Assembly (NCBI GenBank): GCA_025454955.1
Contig: JALONL010000003.1
Span: 271,426 to 335,425 of the forward strand
Length of the DNA stretch: 64,000 bases
Reading direction: 5' to 3'
DNA from: Bacteroidia bacterium
Lineage (GTDB): Bacteria > Bacteroidota > Bacteroidia > Palsa-965
Made by a program: the position numbers and the translations under genes. Below, in pieces: positions 1 to 9,837 of this stretch (the first letter of the stretch is position 1; each line of letters begins with the position of its first letter). The notes beneath the pieces are model-generated. The model was given only the letters and a program-made list of their open reading frames with translations, was not told where the DNA came from and ran no database searches.

Positions 1-273
1 GTTTATTCCCCCGCCCAATTGCACTTGCAGGCCCCGTTTCGTTTCCGCGCTTAGATACAACTCCGCGGGAATAGATCTTACAGATACTGATTGGAAAGTA
101 TATGGCTTATTAAAATCGCCATCAGTTATCCGATAATAAGTAAATGCGGTTTTTGTATGTGTGCTGTGTATTCCTATTCGAATGTTCTCTTTCAGGAAAT
201 TGTAATCAATAGCATAGGTATTGCTGTTTGCGAGCAGCATAGCTGCAATAAAATAGAAAATGCGTTTTTTCAT
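1..273 (-). CDS. Partial CDS (runs off the window edge): exported protein, possibly an outer-membrane beta-barrel
   Basis: Not in the ORF track. My translation from ATG at 273 is open to base 1: MKKRIFYFIAAMLLANSNTYAIDYNFLKENIRIGIHS...ELYLSAETKRGLQVQLGGGIN, with a Sec-type signal peptide. Confidence 0.7.
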   Translation of the reverse strand, partial: MKKRIFYFIAAMLLANSNTYAIDYNFLKENIRIGIHSTHTKTAFTYYRITDGDFNKPYTFQSVSVRSIPAELYLSAETKRGLQVQLGGGIN

Positions 274-519
274 GATGCGTGAGATTTTATAGAATGAGGT
301 CTTCAACAGGTAATGTGTAATTGGTGGTTATTCCATCAATATTGACGATGAAAGTGTGTTTAGGTTGTCTGTTAACCCGAAATTCCTATATCCTTAAAAC
401 TACGATTTGAAGAAATTCAAATACCGGATTTTTAATGGGTTGATTATGTCTGATACGCACCATACTGATTAGAGGTGTAACTTTTTCGTGTGCCGGAGTT
501 ATAAGGTTAAATATTGATT

Positions 520-1218
520 ATGAAAAAAGTTTTACTCCTCTTTTGGGCTGCATTTATACCGTATTTCATTTATGGAAATCCTATGAAGGGAAAATTGCCT
601 ATTCGCTTTGAAATTGGCATAATTCCGGTAAATGTGAATAGTGGTTACCGGCAAAATCTGTATAATAATCCTGTCGAGTATTTCGATGCGGTCTATGTCA
701 AATTACATTATAATAAATTTATTATACGTGCTTCGGCTGCCTATACAAGATCTCTCTGGCATTACCCTTTTCATGATTCCGAAGGGATTATTACAAGAAG
801 TGGTTTTTATAGAATAGGTGCGGGTATTCAAAAACGACTGAAAGTATCTGACGATTACTCCCGCTTTTTTGTTTTTGCGGATATGAATTATAAGCAATGG
901 GCCGGGACTGGATTTTATACTGGTAATCATGTTTTTAATACAACTTCCATCATAATGAACCGTGATTCGAAAGGCGTGGAAGTTTTGCCCGGATGTGGTA
1001 TAAATTTCCGGCTGGGAAACTGGGCACAGCTATGTGTGGAAACAGGCGTAAATATGCTGTTTGTAAGCAATAAATACACTTATCCCTTCGTGGATAACCT
1101 GCTTTTTTATCGCCCCTGCAATCATCATCAGTTTGCTGCCGGTTTTTTTCTCAGGGCTGGTTTTGCGCTGGTTCGGGTTCGCAAAGCAGCCGGGCAGGCG
1201 GTTGGCCGCGATTTCTGA
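520..1218 (+). CDS. Hypothetical exported protein, likely outer-membrane beta-barrel
   Basis: Signal peptide MKKVLLLFWAAF. Aromatic/Gly-rich amphipathic strands (RIGAGIQKR, FFVFADMNY, PGCGINFRL, VETGVN). ATG at 520 preferred over TTG at 514. Confidence 0.6.
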   Translation: MKKVLLLFWAAFIPYFIYGNPMKGKLPIRFEIGIIPVNVNSGYRQNLYNNPVEYFDAVYVKLHYNKFIIRASAAYTRSLWHYPFHDSEGIITRSGFYRIGAGIQKRLKVSDDYSRFFVFADMNYKQWAGTGFYTGNHVFNTTSIIMNRDSKGVEVLPGCGINFRLGNWAQLCVETGVNMLFVSNKYTYPFVDNLLFYRPCNHHQFAAGFFLRAGFALVRVRKAAGQAVGRDF

Positions 1219-1281
1219 CGGAGGGTGTTTTGGGGGCAGGGCGGAAATCTGATTTAAGGCATAATTAGCAGCAAAAACAGG

Positions 1282-1312
1282 GTTGTGGCAGCGGCCTATT
1301 TTGCTATCTTTG
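1282..1312 (+). promoter_or_regulatory. Bacteroidota housekeeping promoter (-33/-7)
   Basis: GTTG-N19-TATCTTTG upstream of ATG 1355. Confidence 0.65.
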
Positions 1313-1354
1313 CGCGGCTTTTACGCCTGCACAAAAGCCGCTAAAGCAAATCTC

Positions 1355-2656
1355 ATGAGCACAGTTTCTGCCCACTCGCCCGCACAGCTTCCGGTATCAG
1401 ACATGGCCGAGTCACTGATCGGTTCTGAAATCATTAAACTGGCCGGTGAAATCAACGAAAAAATACGCAACGGTGAAACGGTGTACAACCTCACCATCGG
1501 CGATTTTAACCCGAAGATTTTCCCCATTCCGCAGGAACTCAAACAGGCCATTGTTGATGCATATTCGGCCGACGAAACCAACTACCCCGCTGCCGATGGA
1601 ATGGTTGAACTGCGCAAAGCCGTTTCAAACCTCATCAGCCAGCGCCAGGGACTGAACTACGCGGCCGACGAAATTCTCATTGCCGGTGGTGCCCGCCCGG
1701 TGATCTACGCCATTTTCCGCACCCTCATCAACCCCGGCGATAAAATTCTTTTCCCCGTGCCGTCGTGGAACAACAACCACTACACCCACCTGAGCACCGG
1801 CAGCTACGCCCAGCAGATTTGCATCGAAACCACACCGGCCAACAAGTTTATGCCCACCGCGGCCGAACTTGCCCCGCACATTGGCAATGCGGCCCTTCTG
1901 GCACTCTGCTCGCCACTCAATCCCACGGGTACCACATTTACACAGAAAGACCTTACCGACATCTGCGATCTGGTAATTGCCGAAAACAAAAAACGCGCGG
2001 CCGAAAACCGCAAGCCGTTGTATGTAATGTACGACCAGATTTACTGGGCACTCACATTCGGCACCACCAGGCACTACGACCCCGTTTCGCTGCGCGAAGA
2101 AATGCGCCCCTATACCATTTTTGTCGATGGCATTTCCAAATCGCTGGCGGCCACCGGTGTGCGCGTGGGCTGGGCAATGGGCCCCAAAGCCATAATCGAC
2201 AAAATGAAATCCATCCTCTCGCACGTAGGTGCATGGGCACCCAAAGCCGAGCAGATGGCCACCGCACGCTACCTCGGCAATTTGCCGCAGTACGATGCGT
2301 TCCTCGATAAAATACGCGGCGAAGTGCTCACCCGCCTCAACGGCTTCCACGAAGGCTTTCAGCGTCTCAAAGCCGCCGGCCATCCTGTCGATTCCATCGC
2401 CCCCGAAGCTGCCATCTACCTCACCATTCAACTGCACCTGCACGGCAAAAAAACACCCGAAGGTCAGGTGCTCGCCACCACACGCGAGGTAACCCGCTAC
2501 GTGCTCGACCAGGCCAAAATGGCTGTGGTGCCTTTCAATGCTTTTGGCGCATCGGCCGACTCAAGCTGGTATCGCCTCTCGGTAGGAACCTGCCGCGCCG
2601 AAGATGTAACTGTGATTATCAATAGCCTCGAAGCCGCGCTCAGCCGCCTTTCCTGA
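1355..2656 (+). CDS. PLP-dependent aminotransferase class I/II (aspartate aminotransferase-like)
   Basis: Motifs NLTIGDF, SPLNPTG, YDQIY and DGISKSLAATGVRVGW (PLP lysine). Start moved to MSTVSAH, downstream of the promoter. Confidence 0.9.
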   Translation: MSTVSAHSPAQLPVSDMAESLIGSEIIKLAGEINEKIRNGETVYNLTIGDFNPKIFPIPQELKQAIVDAYSADETNYPAADGMVELRKAVSNLISQRQGLNYAADEILIAGGARPVIYAIFRTLINPGDKILFPVPSWNNNHYTHLSTGSYAQQICIETTPANKFMPTAAELAPHIGNAALLALCSPLNPTGTTFTQKDLTDICDLVIAENKKRAAENRKPLYVMYDQIYWALTFGTTRHYDPVSLREEMRPYTIFVDGISKSLAATGVRVGWAMGPKAIIDKMKSILSHVGAWAPKAEQMATARYLGNLPQYDAFLDKIRGEVLTRLNGFHEGFQRLKAAGHPVDSIAPEAAIYLTIQLHLHGKKTPEGQVLATTREVTRYVLDQAKMAVVPFNAFGASADSSWYRLSVGTCRAEDVTVIINSLEAALSRLS

Positions 2657-2680
2657 TTGCCCCGTAAAGTATAGTGTAAA

Positions 2681-3769
2681 ATGAAGAATCAGTATTGTGT
2701 TATTATGGCCGGGGGTGTTGGCTCCCGCTTTTGGCCCATGAGCCGGACAGCGCATCCCAAGCAGTTTATCGATGTGCTGGGAACAGGCCGTACCCTGCTT
2801 CAACAAACCTGGGACCGCTCACTCATGATTTGTGCGGCTGAAAATATATTCGTGGTTACCAACGAAAGCTACCGCGCATTGGTGCGCGAGCAGTTGCCAG
2901 GTATTTCCGAAGAAAACATACTCAGCGAACCGGCCCGCAAAAATACCGCTCCCTGCATTGCTTACGCTTCGTGGAAAATCCGCTCAATCAACCCCGATGC
3001 CGTAATGGTGGTGGCCTCTTCCGATCACCTCATTACCAAAGAAAAAACATACGAAAAGGCCATCAAAGCCTGCATGGCAAAAGCCGCCGGTACCGATTGT
3101 CTCATTACCATCGGCATACGCCCCTCGCGTCCTGATACCGGTTACGGATACATACAGTTTATTCAATCTGATGCGCACGAACTCGACAAACGCATCAAAA
3201 AAGTGAAAACATTTACCGAAAAACCCAACCACGAAATGGCCCAGTTCTTTATCGACAGTGGCGACTTTCTCTGGAACTCGGGTATTTTCGTGTGGAGCGT
3301 GAAAAGCGTTATCAACGCGTTTGAAAAACATGATCCCGAAATGGCCGCCATTTTCAACGAAGGCGAAGGAAAATGGAATACACCTGATGAAGCAGCCTTT
3401 TTGCGCGATGCCTACATCCGCTGCAGAAATATTTCCATTGACTATGCCATCATGGAAAAGGCCGACAATGTGTATGTACGTTCTTCCATCATCGGCTGGT
3501 CCGACCTCGGCACCTGGGGTTCGCTTTACACGCATATTAAAAAGGACGAAAACCAAAATGCCGTGGTGGGCAAACAGGTAATGATGTACGACACCAAAAA
3601 CTGCGTGGTACACGTTCCCAAAGACAAACTCGTGGTCATTGAAGGGCTCGACGATTACATTGTGGTGGAGTCCGACAACATTCTGCTGATCTGTAAAAAG
3701 CAGGACGAACAGCAGATACGCACATTTGTAAACGACGTAAAAGTAGCCCGCGGCGACAAATTCGTTTAA
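2681..3769 (+). CDS. manC: Mannose-1-phosphate guanylyltransferase
   Basis: Motifs IMAGGVGSRFWPMSR..PKQF, EPARKNTAPCI, FTEKP, WNSGIF, SIDYAIME and WSDLGTW. Confidence 0.93.
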   Translation: MKNQYCVIMAGGVGSRFWPMSRTAHPKQFIDVLGTGRTLLQQTWDRSLMICAAENIFVVTNESYRALVREQLPGISEENILSEPARKNTAPCIAYASWKIRSINPDAVMVVASSDHLITKEKTYEKAIKACMAKAAGTDCLITIGIRPSRPDTGYGYIQFIQSDAHELDKRIKKVKTFTEKPNHEMAQFFIDSGDFLWNSGIFVWSVKSVINAFEKHDPEMAAIFNEGEGKWNTPDEAAFLRDAYIRCRNISIDYAIMEKADNVYVRSSIIGWSDLGTWGSLYTHIKKDENQNAVVGKQVMMYDTKNCVVHVPKDKLVVIEGLDDYIVVESDNILLICKKQDEQQIRTFVNDVKVARGDKFV

Positions 3770-3771
3770 CC

Positions 3772-4263
3772 ATGTTAAGAGCTTCCGTTTTTCTGCTTCT
3801 GTTGCTGGCCGTGGCCTGCAAGCCCAAACCGCAACCCCGCGTGGCCATTCCCGTAAAAGATACTACGGCAGTAGTGGTAAAAAAACTCACTTACAAACCT
3901 GTTGAGGTAATCGGCAACTGGCACTCGCACCGGCCCTGGAACAACAGGGAAGTAACGCTTAAAGTGCGCTCCGATTCTACGATGGTGTTTATTGGCAAAG
4001 TCATGGAAAAAGGCGATACGACCTATTTCGTGGCCATTGGCGACTGGGAGGTTATTGCCGATACCATTCTTAACATGAAACTAATTACAGACGGAAGGAA
4101 GTACGAACCTAAGAATCTTTTTCCGGAACTGTATGCCAACGGAGCCACCCCCAAATTGTTCAACGCGCCCATTACCGCCTCATACATAATTGGCGACAAA
4201 CACCTCTACAATATCACTAAAAATGCGCGAGATACCACGCAGTATTTTGACCAGATGAAGTAG
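3772..4263 (+). CDS. Hypothetical lipoprotein (possible lipocalin/NlpE-like barrel)
   Basis: Lipobox LLAVAC, plus IGNW and IGDWEV strands. Confidence 0.65.
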   Translation: MLRASVFLLLLLAVACKPKPQPRVAIPVKDTTAVVVKKLTYKPVEVIGNWHSHRPWNNREVTLKVRSDSTMVFIGKVMEKGDTTYFVAIGDWEVIADTILNMKLITDGRKYEPKNLFPELYANGATPKLFNAPITASYIIGDKHLYNITKNARDTTQYFDQMK

Positions 4264-4269
4264 TCCCGG

Positions 4270-4899
4270 TTAATTTCGTTTTACCGGTTCTTTGCCGCGC
4301 ACATAGCCGCGGTAAGCGCCAGAGAAAAACACATCCACGCGCACACCTATAATCTGGTTGAGGTCGTTTATGTCGGCAAAAAATGCGGTACCTACTCCGA
4401 AATCGTAATTCAGTTTTCTGATGTATTGATATTCGAGGTACAGACCGGCTTTGCGATAAGGATTTTGCCCGTCGTAATGCCCGGCATAAATAAAACGATA
4501 GCCTGTGCTGTAACTGATGCCGGCCAGATACGAGCGGTTCATTTTTTCGTTTTCACGGCGTTTGAAAATGTAGCCTAAATGGCCGTGATAGTTGTTCCAG
4601 TTGCCAAACCTGTCGCCGCTGAACATGCCGCCCACGCGGAAATAATATTGCTTCAGGTGGAAATTGAAATTGAGTCCGAAAGCCAGTTGCGTGCGCGGAT
4701 TGTCGGAATGCCAGGCGGGGCCGGCACCGGCGCTTATCCAGTTGTTATATACCCGGAAGCGTTTGTCCTTAAACACCACTTCTTTTTTTGCATTGTAAAC
4801 GGTGTCGTTTTGTGCAAACAGGCTGAGGGCCGGTGCAAGAAGCATGGCGGCGGCAAACAACAGGCGTATAACGGGAGAGGCTTTCATCATCATCATCAC
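4270..4899 (-). CDS. Hypothetical exported protein, likely outer-membrane beta-barrel
   Basis: Signal peptide ending SLFA|Q, alternating aromatic strands and GVRVDVFF near the C-terminus. Exact start is uncertain (GTG followed by four ATG). Confidence 0.65.
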   Translation of the reverse strand: MMMMMKASPVIRLLFAAAMLLAPALSLFAQNDTVYNAKKEVVFKDKRFRVYNNWISAGAGPAWHSDNPRTQLAFGLNFNFHLKQYYFRVGGMFSGDRFGNWNNYHGHLGYIFKRRENEKMNRSYLAGISYSTGYRFIYAGHYDGQNPYRKAGLYLEYQYIRKLNYDFGVGTAFFADINDLNQIIGVRVDVFFSGAYRGYVRGKEPVKRN

Positions 4900-4980
4900 T
4901 TCTGCTTGGTAAATATACGCAGACCGGCCCTGCTTTAGTGTGGCTGAACCGGTCTGCGGTATTAACGGCTTTGTAAGTGG

Positions 4981-6378
4981 TTATTTGAGCGAGCCGGTCA
5001 TGTCTTCGGGGCGCACCCACTCGTCGAATTGTTCGGGAGTGAGGTAGCCTGTTTCCACGGCGGCGGCTTTCAGTGTTTTGCCTTCCTTGTGTGCTTTCTT
5101 GGCAATTTCGGCGGCTTTGTAGTAGCCAATGTGCGGGTTGAGTGCGGTAACCAGCATGAGCGAATTTTCGAGATGCTGTTTAATTACCGGTTCGTTGGCG
5201 GCAATGCCGTCGGCACATTTTTCGGTAAACGATACGCAGGCATCGCCAATGAGGCGGGCACTCTGCAGCACGTTGGCGGCAATGAGCGGCTTAAACACGT
5301 TGAGTTCGAAATGTCCGTTTGAACCGCCAATGCTCACGGCCACGTCGTTGCCCATTACCTGGGCGCAAACCATGGTGAGGGCTTCGGGCTGTGTGGGATT
5401 TACTTTGCCGGGCATAATGGATGAGCCGGGCTCGTTGTCGGGGATAATGATTTCGCCAATGCCGCAGCGCGGGCCGGAGCTTAACATGCGTATGTCGTTG
5501 GCAATTTTCATGAGCGACACGGCTGCGCGTTTAAGTGCGCCCGAGAGTTCCACCATGGCATCGTGTGCAGCCAGTGCTTCGAATTTGTTGGGGGCCGTTA
5601 CAAACGGCAGGCCGGTAAATTCGGCAATTTTTTTGGCCACCAGCACATCGTAGCCCGCGGGTGTGTTAAGGCCTGTGCCTACGGCGGTGCCGCCCAGCGC
5701 AAGTTCGCGCACCATTTCCAGCGCATTGCGCACGGCGCGCATGCTGTTGTCCAGTTGCTGCACGTAGCCGCCAAACTCCTGACCTAATGTAAGCGGCGTG
5801 GCATCCATAAAGTGGGTGCGGCCGGTTTTTACAATAGTGGCAAACTCCGCAGCCTTTTTGGCCAAACTGTCGCGCAGGCGCTGTATGCCCGGCAGCGTAA
5901 CCTCTGTGGTGAGCTTGTAGGCCGCAATGTGCATGGCCGTGGGGTAAGTATCGTTCGACGATTGCGACTTGTTTACATCGTCGTTCGGGTTCAGTGCCTT
6001 TTTCTCGTCGGTAAGCTGCCCGCCGCTTATTACGTGGCCGCGGTAGGCAATTACTTCGTTGGCGTTCATGTTGCTCTGTGTGCCCGAGCCGGTTTGCCAG
6101 ATTACCAGCGGAAATTGCTCGTCGAGTTTGCCCGCCAGAATTTCGTCGCACACCTGCGAAATGAGGTCGCGCTTGGCTGCTTCCAATACGCCGAGGTCGT
6201 GGTTGGCGTGTGCGGCTGCTTTCTTCAGGTAAGCGAAAGCGTAGATGATTTCTTTGGGCATACTGGCCTCAGGGCCAATGCGGAAGTTGTTGCGCGAGCG
6301 TTCGGTTTGTGCGCCCCAGTATTTATCGGCGGGTACCTGTACCTCGCCCATGGTGTCTTTTTCTATGCGGTAGTTCAT
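4981..6378 (-). CDS. fumC: Class II fumarate hydratase
   Basis: Motifs [32 protein letters not shown] and the signature [11 protein letters not shown]. Confidence 0.98.
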   Translation of the reverse strand: MNYRIEKDTMGEVQVPADKYWGAQTERSRNNFRIGPEASMPKEIIYAFAYLKKAAAHANHDLGVLEAAKRDLISQVCDEILAGKLDEQFPLVIWQTGSGTQSNMNANEVIAYRGHVISGGQLTDEKKALNPNDDVNKSQSSNDTYPTAMHIAAYKLTTEVTLPGIQRLRDSLAKKAAEFATIVKTGRTHFMDATPLTLGQEFGGYVQQLDNSMRAVRNALEMVRELALGGTAVGTGLNTPAGYDVLVAKKIAEFTGLPFVTAPNKFEALAAHDAMVELSGALKRAAVSLMKIANDIRMLSSGPRCGIGEIIIPDNEPGSSIMPGKVNPTQPEALTMVCAQVMGNDVAVSIGGSNGHFELNVFKPLIAANVLQSARLIGDACVSFTEKCADGIAANEPVIKQHLENSLMLVTALNPHIGYYKAAEIAKKAHKEGKTLKAAAVETGYLTPEQFDEWVRPEDMTGSLK

Positions 6379-6394
6379 TGGTGGATGATTGTTT

Positions 6395-6997
6395 TTATGC
6401 GATGTTTTTTATCCGGTGTTCAAATTGAGCCACAAATTCGGCGAAGAACCGAACCTGCAGGAGTTTCTGGAAGTTGATGGTGGTGAAAAGTCTGGGACAG
6501 TCAATTGGTCTGTATCCACACTCAGAAATGAGTAGTTCTTTTGGCTCTTTTCTGTGCATAGGATCTGTAGGATCGTCGCTTGAATTTGGATAGATGAAAC
6601 TTGTATTGTAAAAGTTGTTTACACAATCTGTATCAGCGAGTAAAAGTGTTTCCATTTCAAAAATACAGATCAGGTAGGTCACATTTTGTCCTATTGCATT
6701 ACCTAGTTTGTATATCCTGTTCAGTCTTTCTTCTAATTCAGGTTCATTTTCCAGTGCATCTGAATCACGGATATATACAACAAAGTCTGGTTGTTCAGAT
6801 ATATATTCTCTCTTTAGTTGGTTTAGTACTACTGTTTCCTTTTCACTTAAATTATGCAAATCAACATTATCTAAATTACCCCCTTTAAAGTTTGTAATGA
6901 GTGATTTATACTCAATGTGGTTAGGGTACTGCCTCTTAAACAAATTAATAAATGCCTGAGTGTCGTTTGGCGACTCTCCAATTAACCCAATTTTCAT
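6395..6997 (-). CDS. DUF4276-like TOPRIM-fold protein (putative nuclease partner of the upstream ATPase)
   Basis: N-terminal [14 protein letters not shown] (DxD) and [11 protein letters not shown]-rich, with an ATGA overlap with the ATPase gene. Confidence 0.65.
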   Translation of the reverse strand: MKIGLIGESPNDTQAFINLFKRQYPNHIEYKSLITNFKGGNLDNVDLHNLSEKETVVLNQLKREYISEQPDFVVYIRDSDALENEPELEERLNRIYKLGNAIGQNVTYLICIFEMETLLLADTDCVNNFYNTSFIYPNSSDDPTDPMHRKEPKELLISECGYRPIDCPRLFTTINFQKLLQVRFFAEFVAQFEHRIKNIA

Positions 6998-8181
6998 TGC
7001 TGTATGCTGTTTAAATCGGAGTGTGTCCAGTAAAGACTTAAATAACCTACATCCTCTAGATAGCCGATAGCTTTTTCCCTTTGCTTTTCAGAAAGGTGGT
7101 TGAATGTGGTACCTTTTTCGTTATTGAAAGAACAGATAATGATGCTGTCTAAGTCGTCTTTTTCTAAAATGTCTAAAGCAACTGGTGAATGGGTGGTAAT
7201 AATTATTTGTTTGTTTCTTGCTTCTTCTTGAAGGAGAAGCATTAATTGATAGAGTTGGTTTGGGTGAATTCCCAATTCAGGTTCTTCAATAATAATTGTG
7301 GTGTCTCGTGTTTTTGATTTATTCGTTTCCGTTCTCTTTCCATCAATTGGCCATAATTCGTCATTGTCAAATAATGAAAAGAAAATTATTACTAGTCTCT
7401 TGGTTCCATCCGAAAGTTGGTTAAAAGAGTTCCATCGGTTGTTTTGGAAGAACTCAAAGTATAAATTAGAGACGGTTAAAGTAAAGTCTTTTAAAGAAAA
7501 TTCGACAGAAAAGTTCTTTGAAATTCGTATGTCTGAAAATGGAGCGTAATTGATTTTACGCTTTATAGCTGATATATATTGTTCAATAGTTTTTGTCCAA
7601 ACAGATGCTAAATTGTCAATATCAAAAAGGTTTTTATGATTTGATGCAATTCCATATTTCAAGAAAAAAGCAAAATATGTCTCATGTGGAGCAATTGATA
7701 ACAGTTGTAAGATGTGTGTATCTGATTGTTCGAGCGGGATCTGAATAGAATTATTTACGGGCGCGTCCAGAAAAAGACTTCCGCTCGGTATACCATGAGG
7801 GATGATTTCATGAAATGGGAATACTTCCTCTTTCCCATAATACGCTGCTCTAAAGTCTCTTAGAATTGTTAACTTGATATTACTCGATAATAATCCGGTT
7901 AAAGAATATTCTGTATATGGTTGCTCTTGAACGTTGTGGTTATTGTTTGAATCAATAATGTTCTCTGCTAACAAATTAAGTCCATTGAAAAAAGAAATTT
8001 GGGCATTGAATTTATCATATCCACCATTTTGAGTTATCGATAATACTTCATTCAATATCTCCACAAAATTCGTCTTCCCACTCCCATTCTCCCCAATAAT
8101 AATATTCAACCCCGGCTTAAACGAAACCGAAGCATCCTTAATGGTCTTGTAATTCTTTACGTTAACTGATGATATAGGCAT
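6994..8181 (-). CDS. ABC-type ATPase (AAA_15/AAA_21 family)
   Basis: VKNYKTI, Walker A GENGSGKT, signature LSDGT, Walker B IIIEEPELGIHP and H-loop TTHSP. No membrane partner. AT-rich. Confidence 0.88.
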   Translation of the reverse strand: MPISSVNVKNYKTIKDASVSFKPGLNIIIGENGSGKTNFVEILNEVLSITQNGGYDKFNAQISFFNGLNLLAENIIDSNNNHNVQEQPYTEYSLTGLLSSNIKLTILRDFRAAYYGKEEVFPFHEIIPHGIPSGSLFLDAPVNNSIQIPLEQSDTHILQLLSIAPHETYFAFFLKYGIASNHKNLFDIDNLASVWTKTIEQYISAIKRKINYAPFSDIRISKNFSVEFSLKDFTLTVSNLYFEFFQNNRWNSFNQLSDGTKRLVIIFFSLFDNDELWPIDGKRTETNKSKTRDTTIIIEEPELGIHPNQLYQLMLLLQEEARNKQIIITTHSPVALDILEKDDLDSIIICSFNNEKGTTFNHLSEKQREKAIGYLEDVGYLSLYWTHSDLNSIQQ

Positions 8182-8193
8182 AGCAAAGTAAAG

Positions 8194-8547
8194 TTAGAAT
8201 AAACTCATTACATTTTCCACCGGCCGCCCAATCACCGCCTTCTTCCCCTTCACCACAATAGGCCGCTCAATCAGCACCGGAAATTTCACCAGCACCTTCA
8301 CCCACTGCTTCTCCGTCATTTTCTTCCCCGCAAACTTCTCCTTAAACAACGGCTCCTTGGTACGCACAAGTTCTGCCGCAGAAATATTCAGTTTCTGCAG
8401 CAGATCATTGAGCATGTCTTCGGTAAGGGTATCGGTGAGGTAATTAATTACCGTCACTTCGGCGTGCTGCTCATCCAGCACGCACATCGCTTCGCGGCTT
8501 TTTGCGCAGCGGTTGTTGTGCCAGATGGTTATTTTAGCTTTGCCCAT
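8194..8547 (-). CDS. ArsC/Spx family reductase
   Basis: Motifs WHNNRCAKSR, LIERPIV and IGRP. Confidence 0.88.
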   Translation of the reverse strand: MGKAKITIWHNNRCAKSREAMCVLDEQHAEVTVINYLTDTLTEDMLNDLLQKLNISAAELVRTKEPLFKEKFAGKKMTEKQWVKVLVKFPVLIERPIVVKGKKAVIGRPVENVMSLF

Positions 8548-8548
8548 T

Positions 8549-9668
8549 TTACTTCTTGTCGGGAGCCAGTTCGGTGTTCCAGCTTGCGCCGTACTCCATC
8601 AGGTAGGCTTTAATGAAGTCGTTCAGGTTGCCGTCAAGCACGCCCTGCGCGTCAGACGTCTCGTAGTCGGTGCGCAGGTCTTTTACCAGTTTGTACGGGT
8701 GCAGCACGTAGTTGCGTATCTGCGATCCCCATTCAATCTTCTTCATCGTGCCGCGTATGGCCTGGGTCGATTCCATGCGCTTGCGCATCTCTATTTCGTA
8801 AAGCTGCGATTTGAGCAGGCGTATGGCATTGTCGCGGTTGGTGTGCTGCGAACGCGATTCCTGGTTTTTGATAATAATGCCGGTGGGCTTGTGATACAAA
8901 CGTACCGCGGTTTCCACCTTGTTTACGTTCTGTCCGCCCGCACCGCCCGAGCGGAAAGTTTCCCATTCGCAGTCGGCCGGGTTCACTTCTATGTCAATGG
9001 TATCGTCAATAAGCGGATAGCAGTACACCGAAGAAAACGAAGTATGTCGGCGCGCATTCGAGTCAAACGGCGAAATGCGCACAAGGCGGTGTACACCGTT
9101 TTCGCCTTTCAGGTAGCCAAAAGCGTTTTCGCCTTCAAACTCCAGCGTAACCGATTTTACACCGGCCGTTTCGCCTTCCTGCATATCGGCTTCCTTCACC
9201 TTCATGCCGTTCTTCTCGCCCCACATAATGTACATGCGCATGAGCATCGAAGTCCAGTCCTGGCTTTCGGTACCGCCTGCGCCCGAGTTTATGGTGAGCA
9301 CGGCATTCAGGTGATCTTCGCGGCCGCTGAGCATGTTGCGGAATTCAAGGTCTTCAATTTTTGTAACAGTTTCCGCAAACTGCGCGTCCAGATCAGCTTC
9401 GCTCGCATCGCCCGCCTTGAAAAACTCGAACATCACGTTCATGTCTTCCACAGCAGCATCCAACTGTGCGAAGGCTTCCGTCCAATTCTTTTTCTTCTTG
9501 ATTTCTTTCAGCAGCGCCTCGGCCTGCTTGGGATCGTCCCAAAACCCGGCGGCCTGACTTACAGCCTCTTCTTCGGCTATTTTCAACAGTTTCCCGTCGA
9601 TGTCAAAGATGCCTCCTTAACGCATCCCGACGCCCGGCTAATTCCTTTATCTGTTCTATTGTAATCAT
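8549..9668 (-). CDS. prfB: Peptide chain release factor 2 with programmed +1 frameshift
   Basis: ATG 9668 gives [21 protein letters not shown], then CTT TGA C. The +1 frame continues [16 protein letters not shown] and GGQ motifs present. Confidence 0.97.
9602..9617 (-). promoter_or_regulatory. RF2 frameshift signal
   Basis: Minus strand reads AGGAGG CAT CTT TGA C. Confidence 0.95.
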
Positions 9669-9673
9669 GGGCG

Positions 9674-9681
9674 CAAAGGTA
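9674..9681 (-). promoter_or_regulatory. -7 promoter box for prfB
   Basis: TACCTTTG, 5 nt before the ATG. Confidence 0.6.
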
Positions 9682-9837
9682 GCAAAAAGCACGGCTGCAA
9701 ATTCAGAAGGCAGATTCTTGTATGCAGTAGCGAGTCGGGGAAGCAATAAAGAACCACCTGTTCCCGCCCTTCTAATACATGGTAAAGCGTGCGGTCGGGG
9801 CTATATATTCATACCGTCCGGTGTTTCAAAAAACCAT

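Noticed and set aside
91-282. 63-aa plus-strand ORF
   Set aside because: It is antisense to the more convincing signal-peptide ORF starting at 273 on the minus strand.
4885-4899. (ATG)4 run at a gene start as a phase-variation tract
   Set aside because: It is a short trinucleotide repeat, and slippage would not shift the frame.
8513-9664. 383-aa ORF antisense to prfB
   Set aside because: It is a shadow ORF in register with the sense codons and has no motifs. Similar shadows cover fumC, gcvP, rsmA and others.
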